Source: Cystobasidiomycetes sp. EMM_F5 (Eukaryota). Taken from it: 64,000 nucleotides of DNA. A program made the translations under genes and the position numbers. Under the pieces are notes generated by a model, which was given only the letters and a program-made list of their open reading frames with translations, made no database searches and was not told where the DNA came from. Location: positions 372,001 through 436,000 of the forward strand of contig JBPGPT010000006.1 in NCBI GenBank assembly GCA_051047955.1, in the 5' to 3' direction. Shown here in pieces: positions 1 to 13,701 of this stretch (positions within the stretch are counted from its first letter, which is position 1; each line of letters begins with the position of its first letter).

Positions 1-633
1 GGGAAACATCTGACATGCGACCCCTCAATCTAGCCAACGCAACTTCGGCTGTCGGTCAGACCGGTCCCTACATAGCCCTTGGTGGCGTGTGCATGATCCT
101 GGCGGGTATCATGGAGTGGATTCTGGGCAACACCTTCCCTTTCGTCGTATTTACGACTTTTGGCGGATTCTGGATATCTTTTGGCATTCTACAGTCCCCG
201 GCTACCGGCATTGCCAATGCGGTCGGAACCTCCGGAGCCGCTGCCTTCAATGGCGGGTTGGCAATCTACTTGGTCTGCTGGGGAGTCTTGAATTTCATAT
301 AGTGAGCATATGTCCGCGTATTCGCAATTAATCTGCTGAGTGGCGCGTGTCTTGCCTTCCACCAGCTTACTGGGTTCGCTTCGAACCAATATTGCATTCG
401 TGATTCTGTTCTTCACCCTCGATCTTGCCTTCTTCCTCTTGGCATCTGCATACTTCCGTATTGCTGATGGTCGAACGGATTATGGCCCACTTCTCCAAGC
501 GGGAGGTGCATGCGCATTCGTGACGACTCTATGCGGCTGGTGGATCATGCTGTGTCTCATACTTGGCAGTACTGGAATGCCATTCAACGTTCCACTGGGT
601 GATCTTTCGGGCTTCTTAGCTAAGAAGAAATGA
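1..633 (+). CDS. GPR1/FUN34/YaaH family acetate/ammonia transporter (3' part; the gene starts before the window)
   Basis: Hydrophobic ORFs with family motifs GG..MILAGIMEWILGNTFPFVVFTTFGGFW and SLRTNIAFVILFFTLD. Intron 302-365 (GTGAG...CCAG) joins the two ORFs in frame. Confidence 0.9.
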
Positions 634-1438
634 AGATTTCAAGGAGAGATTGATGCAAGGAGAACGATGGAAAGACGCAAGGCGTATACTCGCGCGAGTC
701 AGAAACGGACGCAATAATGGTACCCAGAAGGAGATTATGAAGAGCAAGGGTAATAAATTGTTAGCATAGTGTAGCAAGAGGACTGAGATTAGCGGCCAAG
801 CACTAAGAAATCGCGAAAGGATGGTAAAGGCATGAAATGACTTTCAAATTATCGCGGGTCGAGGTCTCACTCAGCTACCACAGCATGGATGACCGCAATA
901 AGAGCATCGTCAGTTTCGGCCGCTTTCTGATTCTGCTGGGGACATGTCTCTTGCTCGTTGCGGCGTACGGTGCGCTGCGATGGTGCCCTGAAATCAGCAT
1001 GGGCTGATATCGCGTCGTGCAGCGATATCGTCTCAACCGCTGGCATTATTTTCTGAGGTGGGCTGAGAGTAATATACTTGCATGCTTGCCTCGCGCTGAA
1101 GGGTGCGTCGTGCTTGCGTCGTGTCTAGGCCACGCTACAAATTGTCGGATCGTTCCTGTTGCTGTGTGCTGGCGTCGCTATGACGGCTCCTACGCTGAAG
1201 CCGATAACATGGCAAGCGGAATTGAGGAAGCAGTACGGCCGAGTTGTCCTTGAATGGTCAGCAGTTCCTGCTAATCAACCTCGCTCGCCAGTACCATAGA
1301 TCAATCAGACTCGAGGCTGGGATTTGCCGACATCCATCACAGAGGAACGATTCTCTTCAAAGACAGCTAGTATCATACAAACAACACTTGTGTACATCTG
1401 TCACAGTCATCGCCGCACGGCTGCATACCCAGTCTCGG

Positions 1439-1776
1439 TCATTCTCGGTTGAGCTTCTTGAGCTGGTCGCATCAGAAATCGTCAGAGCGAGTCTGCACCG
1501 CGGTTCGTCGTTGAGGCTCACAAGCTCTCTGTCGCCTTCCGCTACACCCTCGTAGAGCTGCCGCGGTGGCACATATTCTTCAATCCTTAGATTTGGCGGA
1601 AGTGGCCGTTGTTGCGCTTGTGCTCTCCGAACCATCAATGCAGCTGTTGGGCTCCCTCTTTTAGCTGTCGACTTCGACTTCGATGTAGAGATCTTGGGTA
1701 GTATAAGGTCGTGTTTCGGGATCTCACGAGCAGGCAGGACTCGGACTTTCATGCACGCGCAAAGAGTGTACCGCAT
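1439..1776 (-). CDS. Small basic hypothetical protein (~92 aa), possibly mitochondrial
   Basis: MRYTLCACMKVRVLP...PPNLRIEEYVPP...DREL, then a canonical intron 1463-1521 (GTGAGC...CTGAC...CAG) and last exon LKKLNRE*. Lies head-to-head with the EMP65 gene. Confidence 0.5.
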
Positions 1777-1979
1777 CCTAAATTTCAACGACTGAATCAG
1801 CCCGGGTCCGGTGGCCATGTATCCCATATAATCTCGCCTTGCGCATACGCTCAAGCAGTATGTCCAGAGTTGTTGGTTGATGCAAAAGCGAGAGGACGGC
1901 CATTGCTTCTTGACCGATATCTGGAAGATGATCGTCAACTATACTGCATCCAGGCTGCTGATGAAAGCAGTGACTTGCA

Positions 1980-4601
1980 ATGACTGAGCGACTGCAAGCC
2001 TCGCACTCTGCTCCTGACCTCACAGACTTGCTCCAAGCTCGCACACATCGCCCAACGCCGGAACCCTGCGAAGATGGATATCGCGATGGTTCTCCGGACA
2101 ATGACGACGGACGCTGGAAAGCCAGACTGCTAACACCCGCAGATAGTCGCTCGCCCACTCCAGAACCCATTCCGGAAGATGTCGCAAATCGACACAAACA
2201 CAATCAGACCTTCCGTTTCGCATCTGCACCACCCGAAGAATACGTTCGCTTTCGAAAAGATAGCATTCACACAGAAGACAGTGTGGACGATGACTCTGCT
2301 GCAATTCATCTCCGACGCTCAGATTTACAAATTCGAGACAGTCAGGCAACCTCTGAGCAGGAGGATCCGGATGCCGCTGATGGACACTCGCCTTCGCCCG
2401 ACCCAAATACAAGTCATGCTCCGTCAGTGCGATCAACAAGGTCTGGCATTCCTCTCGCCAAGACTGCCAAAGTCCTTCGTCACCTTCCCGCCTCGCTTTG
2501 GGAATACTTGCTTGACGAGCTCCGCGCTACCGAGTTGGATGGCTCGCACGAGCTCAAGACCGAACGCGTGTCGAATTTCTTTAGTGTACCTATGGCAGTA
2601 GAGAAGGTATGTGTGCGTGAATTATGCGAGCCAACAATGCTTACGTCTTCCAGATTATCATATTTGGCTACTTTGTGTGCTTGGACTCCTTCCTATATAC
2701 TTTCACGATCTTGCCGATACGCTTCGTGATAGCACTAAGCAGACACGCAGCCAGCTACTTTACGCAAGGCAAAAGGTATGTAAGGCGTTAATGCACAAAT
2801 CCGTAGACTAAATCGTCACTCATAGGAAATCGCTAGCAGTTTCAGCCAAGTGCGATCTCGCAAAATTCGGCCTCATCGTATGCGCTTCGGTGGTTCTGCA
2901 TCACATCACCGACGCAAGTCAGATGTACCATTTCGTCCGTGGTCAGGAGGTCATCAAGCTCTATGTCATATTCAACGTGCTGGAGGTAATGTCCAGGATC
3001 CTACCGAATATAGCGGTGTTCTCATGTATCGACCGTGGTAGATCGCGGACCGTCTATGCTGCTCATTTGGGCAAGATCTGCTGGATTCGTTATGTTCTCG
3101 CGCCACTCTCGGGCGGAGAGAAGATGGCTCACAACCTCACTTCAGGCCAGCTGCGCTTTTTGCAATGTGCACCGTTTACACCAGTGAGTGATGCTTGAGT
3201 GTTTCTCAAAATGCTGGCTGAGACCAGCTCAGTCACGCACACCCTCGTCCTGTTCTACAGTCTCGTCTCGCTGAATGTTGCAATAAATTCCTACGACAAC
3301 GCTCTTCTAACCCTCCTGCTGTCAAATCAATTTGTGGAAATCAAAAGTGCAGTTTTCAAGAAGTTTGAAAAGGAGAATCTGTTTCAAATGAGCTGCGCAG
3401 GTATGTTCAACTGCGTAATGATGAAAATGTAGACACTGAGTGGTCATTCGTAGATATCGTTGAGCGATTTCAGCTATCGCTGATGCTTGGGATCATCGCC
3501 GTCAGAAACCTGATCGAATTAAGCGGATCGACGTTCTCGTTGTTACCTACCTCCTTCGTCCCTTTTATGCCCTCTGTGTCCCTCTTGCAAACCATTCTAT
3601 CACCTGTAGTAATCGTCATATTGTCTGAAATGATGGTGGACTGGCTCAAGCATGCCTTCATCACTAAGTTCAATCACAGTAAGCGGATACGAAGCCCTCT
3701 TCTTTCTTCCCAGCCCCGAATCTGACACAAATGCAGTACGTCCCGCAGTGTATGGTCGGTTTATCGACGTACTTTGCCGCGATTTAGTCACTAGCAACGC
3801 GGTCAACCCTTCAGGCGCTAAGCAGGTTAGTCCAGAGCCATTTGCGCGAGGCGAGTCTATGCTTACACCTGCTTTCAGGCTTTCGCAGATCAGAGTCCAG
3901 CTCTTGCGCGGCGCCTGGGCTTTGCTTCTCTACCATTGGGATGCCTGATTATTCGCGTAATCGTCCAGACTTTAGAGATGCTAGCCGATACCAGTCATAT
4001 CGACGAATGTGCTCCCAAGAAGCACCGCGGTCTGCCTCCGGCACGAGGGCTATTGGGGTTCATCACTATTGGGCCAGAAAGACAAGCCAAGCTGTTCGGT
4101 TGGATAGTTTTTGTGTGTGCGGTATTCGTGCTGTGGATATGGTACGTGACGCATCGCCAGGGGAATCGCTGGCCTAACATTGCCTTCCAGTCTCATTCTC
4201 ATAAAACTGCTAATTGGGTACATTCGACCTAGCAGCGCCTTGCAAAAAATTCTGAGCTGATTCACAAGTTTCTACAGCACCAACCTCAGAGCGTTTGCAG
4301 CATCCCGATATGATGGGATGGCGGCTAGAGCTGCCGAAGACCAGCTGAACGACCGATCAAGAGCTCCTATCGGTACAAATGCTGTCGAAAAGGTAATTGT
4401 GACTGCCGGATGCTTGAGGTAACCACGCGATTTAACGGTGCTTTCGATTAGGCACACGAGGCCGAGGTTAAGCGCTTGATATCAAGCTCGGCTTTCGATG
4501 GCGTCGAACGTACGAATGGACGTTCGGGCAATGCTGCCGGGACTCCAATTAGCATGGAGAATTTGTCGAGATTCTCGATGGTGAAGAGTCGCTTGTATTG
4601 A
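1980..4601 (+). CDS. EMP65: ER membrane protein EMP65/TAPT1 (DUF747), multi-exon
   Basis: Motifs ERVSNFFSVP.AVEK, DASQMYHFVRGQEVIKLYVIFNVLE, LNVAINSYDNALLTLLLSNQFVEIKSAVFKKFEKENLFQ, SEMMVDWLKHAFITKFNH. Ends ENLSRFSMVKSRLY*. Confidence 0.93.
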
Positions 4602-4757
4602 CCACAGTCGCAACAGCAAGATTCGGTATATACACTTTTCGCAGACGTGCAAACAGTCTTATATATCGTCAACAGATAACGGTCGCTTCTATGATACACA
4701 ATTCGAAGCTCAGAACTAAATGTCCATATTCTACTTTCAATGTTCGGCTGGCACTAT

Positions 4758-7465
4758 TTAGCAGCCAGTCAAGCTGTTCTTTGGCCAGATATTCTTCGGC
4801 CATGTCGTAATATTAGGGTTCGTGTACAAGTCCATATGTTTATTGATGTAGTTTGCCGTAGGGTGCGACCTACACAAATCGCGATGTTTAGCAAGCTCAG
4901 GGCCCTACACATACGCACATGACCACTTACGCTGGATCACACGAAACGTCTACCTTGCCTTGCTCTTGCCATACGCGCACATAGTCAATGCGCAAGACTC
5001 CCGGGAACTTGAGCTTGTTGAATTGCAGGGTCTGGAACGCAGGTGACATGCCCAGATTTAGGATAAGGTACATTGGTTCCTCGCTGGAAGGGTGCATATT
5101 CAGTCAGGTGGTCGTTCTCATTCCGAACGAGACTCACGCGATCGGCCTTTGACCAACACCGGTGCGAGAGTCCGGCTTAAAGGCGCCTGCCTTGAGAGTC
5201 CACGTAGGCTTGCCATTGACGGCCCAGGTAATCTGAGAATCGGTGGTAGCGCCGGGCACATATTCATAGCCATAGCTCTGGTAGGCAACTCCATTGTATG
5301 CCGTCGTGCCGATGTTCGTCACTGCTGAACAGGATTCCTGGGTCGCAGCACCTTTCCATTCGTTGAGATAAGTGGAAGTCTTGTTATAGATGACCATACC
5401 ATTTGCCGATGTATTATCCCAAATCCACTGGTAGTCGAAAGGCGCAAGCTGGATGGATTGCGAAGCGGTTCCGTATCCTCTCCAATCGACTTGAGCCTCA
5501 ATGATGTCTATTTCTGGTGCGCCCCGACCAACGTTGTTGCTAGGACCAGGGTGATCTTGGCCTGGGCACGTACATGCACTCGCACGTTGTCCACTCAAGA
5601 TCGATAAGCGACCCCGATAATCAGGCTGGCCGGATCCGTTATACGCTGCGATAGGAGTGTTGTTCGCGAACATTTGACCTGGCAACGTCCCGACATCGCA
5701 CTCGTTGTACGAGTAGGCTAGAGGATAGGAGCTAGTTAGACATGTCGCTTATTGACCCTCTCGTCACTGCGACTCACGCCACATGCCGTCGTTCGTTGCA
5801 CCATATCCAGCACGACCTAGATTGCCCATCGACCAAGCGCCCGGCCAGAAGCCAGATGCGATAGTGTCACCGGGCAACGACATCGCAACCTCGACATACA
5901 TGCCGCCATTAAAGCAGAGCTTGTTCCATGATTGAAGCATAGCTGAGCGGAAGTTGAGATTGTGAATTGGTTGTTCAGAAAGAGTGATTTCCAGCTTCCC
6001 GTTTTTCGTAGTAGCCGCGTCGGGGTCGTACCATTCGAGATCTCGAGTTTGCCAATAATTCAGGTCAACAGCTTCCCACTTTGTAAGTCAGATAGTCAGA
6101 AAAGGCAGCGATATTGATTCGCAAGTTTCACTCACGAAGGGATCATCGCCAGGGAAAAAGGTCCGACCCTCTCGGTTAAATTCGTCCGAAAAAGCAAGCT
6201 GGTACTTGCGACCATTGAATCCGGTTCTTACAGCATTCTTGATGTCGTCAGGGGTATCCTGATCAATGAGGCTTGGCAAGCCCGGAATATCAGGAACTTG
6301 ACCAGAGGCATTGATTCCACCTAGACTGAAGCCAAAAGATGCCATCGGAACATCGTTGAACAAGTCTGTACGCAACGCATAAGTAGGTAAGTACGCACGA
6401 TCTAGTCAGGCGCAGGGGCTGAATGGGACTGACATGTATGAACGGGCCATCCAAGAAACAAGGCTATGATACCGCCAACAAGGACCATGATGCCTGCTGC
6501 GTTGACCAGTCCCCTGCCCGAAGCGGGGAAGTGCCAGAACCTATCCGAATTACCGTTCTCTAGGGTTCGAGGGTCATGCAAGAAGCTAAGATCAAGCCTT
6601 TGTTAGTATCGCCTCTTAGGTGGACAATGCAAAGTCCCTACTCGTCTTGCTCCACATTCTTGACATTCCACAGCAAAGCTGCATCCTCCATATACTTGTG
6701 ATCGGTGTATAGCGTAGGACTGCTTGCCCCATCAAGGTACGAAGAGTCTCTCCGGGGATCCGTATTTAGGGAGTATTGTGAATGGCGGATGATGGGTGAA
6801 TCGAGGCCATGTTCTGGAAATTGGCCAGAGGTGTAACCTGCCACAGGCAGTTGGTCCAGAGGGGTAGCAATATCTTCGCCGCTCGCGCTCATAGGAGTGT
6901 GCATGAGATTGACTCCGAAGGGGCTGGAGTATTGACTCTGTGGACGCCGATAGTCCGAGGATGGCGGAGAAGAAAGACTGTAGCGAGAGTATGTCTGACC
7001 AATCTCTCCTCGGGCGATAGCGGAGGAGGTCGACGCTAGACCGACTGTATTGGATGCTGGTCCCATATACAGGGACGACCTGCCGTCTGGCGTGCCCGCA
7101 GTGATTTCATCGCTGATGATTCTTGGCCGGCTGCCGCTGCCACTTCCGCTGGCACTGCCACTGGCTATGGGCGAATCGCCTTGTCGAGAGCCATGTCCAT
7201 GGGAGCTCGACGATGCAGATGCAGGATCTGACCTAACTGGCCTTGGTCCCGTACCCAAAGAGGCAGTTCCAAAGTATCCCGGGACGAACGACTGCCGCTG
7301 ATCGTCGAAGCTTGAAGCTTGCTGGCGCTGCTGATCGGATACGCTGTTACTGCTACTACCACTGCTGTTACTGTTGTTGTCGGCTAGCCTCGCATTGTTA
7401 GGCAGCGACAAAGGCTGAGTTTCCCACGGCGATGACGGCCCCGAGGCAGCTGAATGCGGTTGCAT
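4758..7465 (-). CDS. KRE6/SKN1 beta-1,6-glucan synthesis-associated GH16 protein, copy 1, multi-exon
   Basis: Ser-rich N-terminus and one TM segment, then [58 protein letters not shown]16 motif [13 protein letters not shown]. Ends WPKNSLTGC*. Confidence 0.93.
5945..6135. repeat. Near-identical duplicate of 11613-11803 (KRE6 paralog exon plus intron)
   Basis: My manual alignment gives about 7 mismatches in the first ~140 nt, and both copies have an alignable 57-nt intron. Confidence 0.85.
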
Positions 7466-8179
7466 AACGGTGGCCCGGTCGGGTCAGGGCAGGTCAGCCC
7501 CAACGAGCGTAGTACTGCCGGGTTCTGTGCGCTGGTACTGCTGGTAGTACTGTGTCAAACTTCGAGGAAGCTTCTTCCAAGACGAGAGAGTGGTCCCACC
7601 GTACTTTCGCCCTCCAAGGCTTTAGTGAAAGTTGAATTCAAATTCACGCAAGTGATCAAAAAATCAATTGCAGTCTGGTGCCGGCGGTGCTCCTCATCTT
7701 TTAAGGCGCGCGACAGCGATGGAGCTTCTGCTTTTCAGCACGTCACAGAAGACATCAGGTGTGTCGCTGCTGTTCAGATCTTTGCAGGCGTGCAGCTGCA
7801 TTCCAACACTAATTTGACAAGCCTGTCAAAGTCGTCGATCACGCGCTGGCGGCGTTTGTGCCTGGAAGCGTCAATTGCGGAGGTCTTGCTTGCTGGGAGT
7901 CCACGTAGCAAATCTATGCACTGCTTTGCATCAGTTCTATCCATCTCCCTCCTCATTCCCGTTGCAGGCTCGATTGACGATCCGGCCAGCCTTGACGCGC
8001 CTTCTCTACCAGATCTGGCAGGCAGGTGGCAAAGCCTTCACCAGATATGGCTTATCACCTATTCAGAGAGAGAGCAAGATGTACAGGCAGAAGTTTGCGT
8101 AAAGTCAGCTAATCGCACACGCTGCTATGCCTTTCTCCATACACTGACCGATATTTACTCCTGACGCGAGTCCTGCATA

Positions 8180-9859
8180 ATGCTGAAAAGTCGGCATCCG
8201 AGCCAGTCTACACAGCTGCCAGCTTACACTGAAGTGCCGACGCGTCGAGAATCTCGCTCTGCTATCCCTTCTAAATGGCGACGGTTTCTTCTAGATCCAC
8301 GCAACGTAGTTTATCCCTTGATATTACTGGGACTGCTGTATCTGGCCGCTGAAAGACATAGAGCGCGTCAAAGCGAAAGTGGCTCTGGCACCAGAACGCA
8401 GTCCGTCGAGCAGCTAGATCTGGGCGAGCATCAACATCTTCAGTCTCCGTTCCTGCATGGCGGACGGGTGCGGCCCATTGAAGTTACGACAACTCTGATT
8501 GTGACATCGACCGTGCAAGCCACAGCAACTGTGACGACAACGGCGCAGATATTGGTACCTCCAACATCGTCGCCTGCGCTGCCGATGGAGTATACCAATC
8601 GTGCCATAGCTCCGTACACTTCGCCACAGGAAGCCAAGCCAGCAGCGAGAATAATCCACGACAGGACGATCATTGGCGACGTTGATGAGGGATGGACATT
8701 GATCGCTGACTGGAAATTGTCCGATGGGAGACAATTGGAAGATCAGCGAACCTGCCTGACGTATCAGGTAAGCCAATGAAGCAATTCAATTAAACCCAAA
8801 ACACAGCTGACGCTGCCACTCACTAAAGGAACGTTTTGCGGGGTACGATGTTCCTTTGGCTGCTGATACGCCCATGCCACCGACCATCGGCGCATCCACT
8901 GCATTTCTGATGCGAGTCCGGCCAGAATGGGTTCACAAGAACACTATCAACGATGTCCACATTCCGATTTATCGATCACTCATCACTGAGCTCCAAGCAA
9001 TTGGCATCGACGTGTACTTCCTCGTCCATCTCCGTCAAGAATGGAATATGGCAGGCTGGATGGACGAAGTTCATCCTGAATTCAAAGGCCGTGTGTACGC
9101 TTTCGTTTTCGAGGAATTCACTTCGCACTTCCTTCCTGGTACGTTCCGCGATCCCGTCTATGACAATCACGTCTCGCTTTCTTCCTTTATGAATTCGACG
9201 GTCGGACGACAGTACGAATTTGCGTGGTGGATGGAGGATGATATCCGAACCACGTCCAGCTGGTCGAATTTGTTCAACTACCTCAACGCGACTGTACCAG
9301 AGTTCGAGCCGAAGCCTTTGGAGTGGGAGCTTCGCAACGATCGAACGCATCTGCCAGAAAGCAAGCTTGGACGCTATCAGCCGGATCTTTTCTTGACTTG
9401 GCTGCACGACGGCTCACCAAAAGCCGAGGAGATGACGGTTGGCGATGGAAATCGATGCTCGGATTTCGTAAAGCCAAACGAGTTGGCAAAGGCGTTCATC
9501 ATGTTCACAGGATACTCGAGAAGAATGCACGACGCGATGATGTCGTACTATGCAAGCGGTCATTCTTGCTTCTGCGAGACCTTCGTACCAACCATCGCGA
9601 AGCGGAATCGACTCAATATCCATCTCGCGCAATTGCCTCAATACATGAATCCAGCGGTCCATGATGTGGTGTAAGCTTACGTGTCCAGTCTTGAAATTAC
9701 GCGCAATTTGCTAACTGCGGTCTTCCATGCAGTCCGACTTGGGGGCACTGGCATCCAAACGCAGCTACGCCCTTCTATGAGACCTGGCAAAAGAACGCGA
9801 CGCTTTGTCGGCCAGGTCCTGCCCTACTGCACAAGGTATGGGAGGGATGGACACCTTGA
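8180..9859 (+). CDS. DUF3405-like type II membrane protein (putative glycosyltransferase-like), 3 exons
   Basis: N-terminal TM anchor and Thr-rich stem. Introns 8768-8828 and 9671-9732 restore RTCLTYQERFAGY, TAFLMRV...YRSLITEL...VYFLVHL, YEFAWWMEDDIRTT and C-terminal LCRPGPALLHKV, resembling DUF3405 blocks as I recall them. Confidence 0.7.
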
Positions 9860-10411
9860 CGAGGCCGTAGCGCGGTATAAAGCATAACTTGACGGAGAGA
9901 ACATTGGCATCACACTGCCCTGTGTATCATAATCGCGAGCTTGTATTAGCAGTATAATTGCAGTAGGAGATGGGCGTCAAAGCAAGCGGGCAAATATCTG
10001 AAGCACTCCGCAAATGCTGAATACGCAAAGATAACTGAGGAACTTGGTGCCAATGCAATGCGAAACTGAAAACGAGGAGATCCTGCCATACAGAAAAACT
10101 AATGACTCTGCAACCATTGCTGATACTACTACTTGCGAGGCATGTGAGAGTGAGCAGACAATCAATCTGGTCGTAGCGATAGGTCTCCCTTTGTCGGCAC
10201 GCCCTTAAAGCATGCTTTGTCCTCGTTGCAAAAGGAACAGGCGGTCACTGGACCTAGGTAAAAGAGAGTTTGCATTACAAAGAGTCGAATATGTCAAATG
10301 TCCATTTTGACCGTCGTCATATCTTGATCGTGATGTAGAGGAGGTGCATGTTGATAGCGAGGCAAGTGATACTGGTACATCTTGAATGTTGGCGATTCAC
10401 GCGGATGATGT

Positions 10412-13142
10412 CTAACACCCGTTCAGACTGTTTTTCGGCCAGAGGCTCTTCGGCCAAGTCACCAGATCCCTATTGGTATAGTAATCTATGTATTTGTTGA
10501 TGTAGTTTGCCGTCGGATGGGATCTGTGGCAGCGAGTTAGGGATATCCTGCATGGGAGCGGTGGCGAAAACGAGAGACTCACTCTGGATCACAGCTAACG
10601 TCGGCCTTGCCCTTTTCTTGCCAGACTCGGACGTAGTCAACACGCATAACGCCGGGGAACGATAATTTGTTGAACTGCAGAGTCTGGAAAGCTGGCGAGA
10701 TACCCAAGTTAAGAATGAGATACATAGGTTCTTGACTGCAATGGCGTGGAGGCTACCGTCAGCAAAGTGACGTACTTCGTCACGATACGAACTTACGACA
10801 TCAGCCTCTGCCCGACGAGAGTTTGTGGATCCGGCTTGAAGGCACCGGCTTTGAGCGTCCAGGTTGGCTGACCACCAATAGCCCAAGTGATCTGAGAGTC
10901 TGGCCCTGATCCCGGAGTCAATTCGTAACCATACGACTGATACGCTGCACCGTTGTATGGCGCAGTCCCTATATTTGTGACTGCTGAAGCTGATTCTTGG
11001 GTAGCGGCACCCTTCCATTCGTTCAAGTGCGTAATCGAACTGTTGTAGACTACCATGCCGTCAGATGACATGTTGTTCCAGCCCCATCGGTAGTCGAACG
11101 GTGCAATCTGAATAGATTGCGATGCCGTGCCGTATCCTCTCCAATCGACTTGGGCTTCCAGGATGTCAATCTCGGGAGCGCCTCTCCCGACCTTGTTGTT
11201 TGGTCCGGGATGCGGCTCGCCGGGGCAAGTACATGCACTCGCCCTTTGTCCAGCTAGGATCGACAACCGTCCTCGGTAATCCGTCTCGCCGGAATCGCTG
11301 AAAGACACGGTCGGCGTGTTGTTTTGGTAAATCTGCCCAGCCAATGTGCCGACGTCGCAACTGGCATAAGAATACGCTGATTGGCACAGCAATGTCAGTA
11401 TCAGAGTCGCACAAGTGCGTGTAGTCTTTGCGCTGCTATACTTACGCCACATGCCATCATTCGTGGCGCCGTAACCTGCACGACCGAGGTTACCCATAGA
11501 CCACGCGCCAGGCCAGTAGCCAGAGGCAACAGTGTCGCCGGGTAAAGAAATTGATACTTCGACGTAGAAGCCGCCATTGAAGCACAGCTTGTTCCACGAT
11601 TGGAGCATACCAGAGCGGAAGTTGAGATTGTGAATCGGTTGTTCAGAAAGGGTGATTTCCAGCTTCCCGTTTTTCGTGGTAGCCGCGTCGGGGTCGTACC
11701 ATTCCAAATCGCGAGTTTGCCAATAATTCAAGTCAACAGCTTCCCACTTTGTTGGCGGGATAGTCAGAAAAGGTAGCGAATTTGATTCAGAGGCTATACT
11801 CACGAATGGATCATCGCCAGGGTAGAATGACCTGCCATCTCTGTTGAACTCATCAGAGAAGACGAGTTGGTATTCCTTTCCATTAAACCCTTTCCGGATC
11901 CCATTCTTAATCTCGGGTGGTGTGTCTGCGTCGATGAGATTCGGAAGACCCGGAATGTCTGGAACCTGCCCAGACGAATTTGTGGCACCCAAACCCCATC
12001 CCCAGCCTGCGCCGTGCCCGGCAATGAGATCTGTGTGGATAGTATTGTTCAGTCTATACAGCTTGCCAGATATCAACGCGATCGAGGGGAAAGCAGCACG
12101 TACACGTATGGATTGGCCAGCCCAGGAACAGGGCGAGGAAGCACCCTAGCAGGACAATCAAGCCCAACACGTTTACAATACCACGAGTGGATGTGGGAAA
12201 GTTCCACCAGCTGTCCGACTTTGCAGTCTGCAATGTCCGGGGGTCGTGTAAAAAGCTGTATTGATTTTTGGGTCAGTCACAGTCACGTGCCAATTTTGCA
12301 AGACGGCCTCACTCGTCTGCCTCGACATTCTTTTCGTTCCACAATAACGACGTGTCCTCCATTGACTTTGTGCGAAAGTACTGTACCGAGTCTCGATGGT
12401 TGCCGTTTGTGCTCGAGTCGTACAGGGTGGAATCGCGAAAAGAGGGTGAGCCGACCGAGGCAGATTCGGGCATGCCGCCATACTCGGAGTACGGTCTGCC
12501 AGTATTATTGTACAAGCCTGGCGTTACCAGGGGCATATGCTCCATCTCGCTGTGTACGCCAATCTCCTCTACCTCGTTGAGCGTGCCCGCTGTCGCATAG
12601 CTGCTCGACCTGTACATGCCTGGAGGACCGAGCGGAGTCGACATGCGCTGCTGCGACGAGCCACCGGGGCTCATTGACCCGCTTGCAAGGTTTGCCAGGC
12701 TGGCCGTAGAGTATCTTGAATAGTTTGCGCCTACTTCGCCGCGGGCAATAGCAGCCGACGTCGAATCAAACCCGACGGCATTGTTTGACGACGAGCCCTG
12801 GGGTGTCATGTAGAGTGAGGACCTCGGAGGCCCAGACGTCGGTGCTGGAGGGAGTGGATGGTTGCTGTAGTACGGAGTGGACGGCGAGGAGGGCTGAAAA
12901 TGCGGCGAGACTGGGCTGAGCAGGTTTGGATTCGACGTCGCTCCAGCTAGCGGGACAGATTCGCTGCCCAAACGATCCTCCTGGTCGCTCAGACTGCCGC
13001 TGCCCGATGAGCCCCGCGACATGACACCTCTGCTGCGCTGCATGTTGTTGCTGTTGCTGCCTGAGGCTGCGATATTGTCGCCCGAACTCGAATTGCTGCT
13101 CGAGCCACTTCGAGCGCGTCCGTAAACCCGGCCACTGGCCAT
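10412..13142 (-). CDS. KRE6/SKN1 beta-1,6-glucan synthesis-associated GH16 protein, copy 2, multi-exon
   Basis: Same motifs and matching intron positions as copy 1: [46 protein letters not shown]. Ends WPKNSLNGC*. Confidence 0.93.
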
Positions 13143-13701
13143 TGTTTGAGCGGTGCGTGGACTTATGCGAGCGCAGTTGCACGTCTATGCTGCTGAGGTG
13201 GGTCGTATGGTCTGACACGTTTCGCAGAGTCGTCCAAGTCCGAGCGCCCGTATTTCGTTGCGAGCTGGCCTGAGCTGGCTGGGGCTTGCAGGATTCCGGT
13301 TCGACAGACGTGGGCAGGCTGGCTGTGCTATCGAACGACCAGACCAGACTGCAGCTTTGGTGTGCGAGTTGGTGTGCGTGTCTGCCGCTGCACTCGCTAA
13401 TTAATAATACTGCTACAAATGATTGTTATTTTCCCTTGTTATTCCCAAAACTTGCCGGGGTCTGTGCCCCTGCCTCCCTCCGGAATGTGAGCATGATCGG
13501 AGGATCCGTAGTTACAACAGGGCAACGATATGCGTGTAAACAGGTAAGTTATGCATGCTGTGATATGCGCTATGAAGCAGTCAAAACCTCGCGAGACAAA
13601 AAGTCGACGTCGAGCCTGCGATGCCGTAAAGTGCTTGTTTATCGCGAAAATCAGACGCGACTCGAGCCACGTGACGCGTATGCGAAAGATTGAATATGCG
13701 T

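Noticed and set aside
7454..8164. 236-aa plus-strand ORF between KRE6 copy 1 and the DUF3405-like gene
   Set aside because: No recognisable motifs, and it spans the divergent promoter/5' UTR region. Probably a chance ORF.
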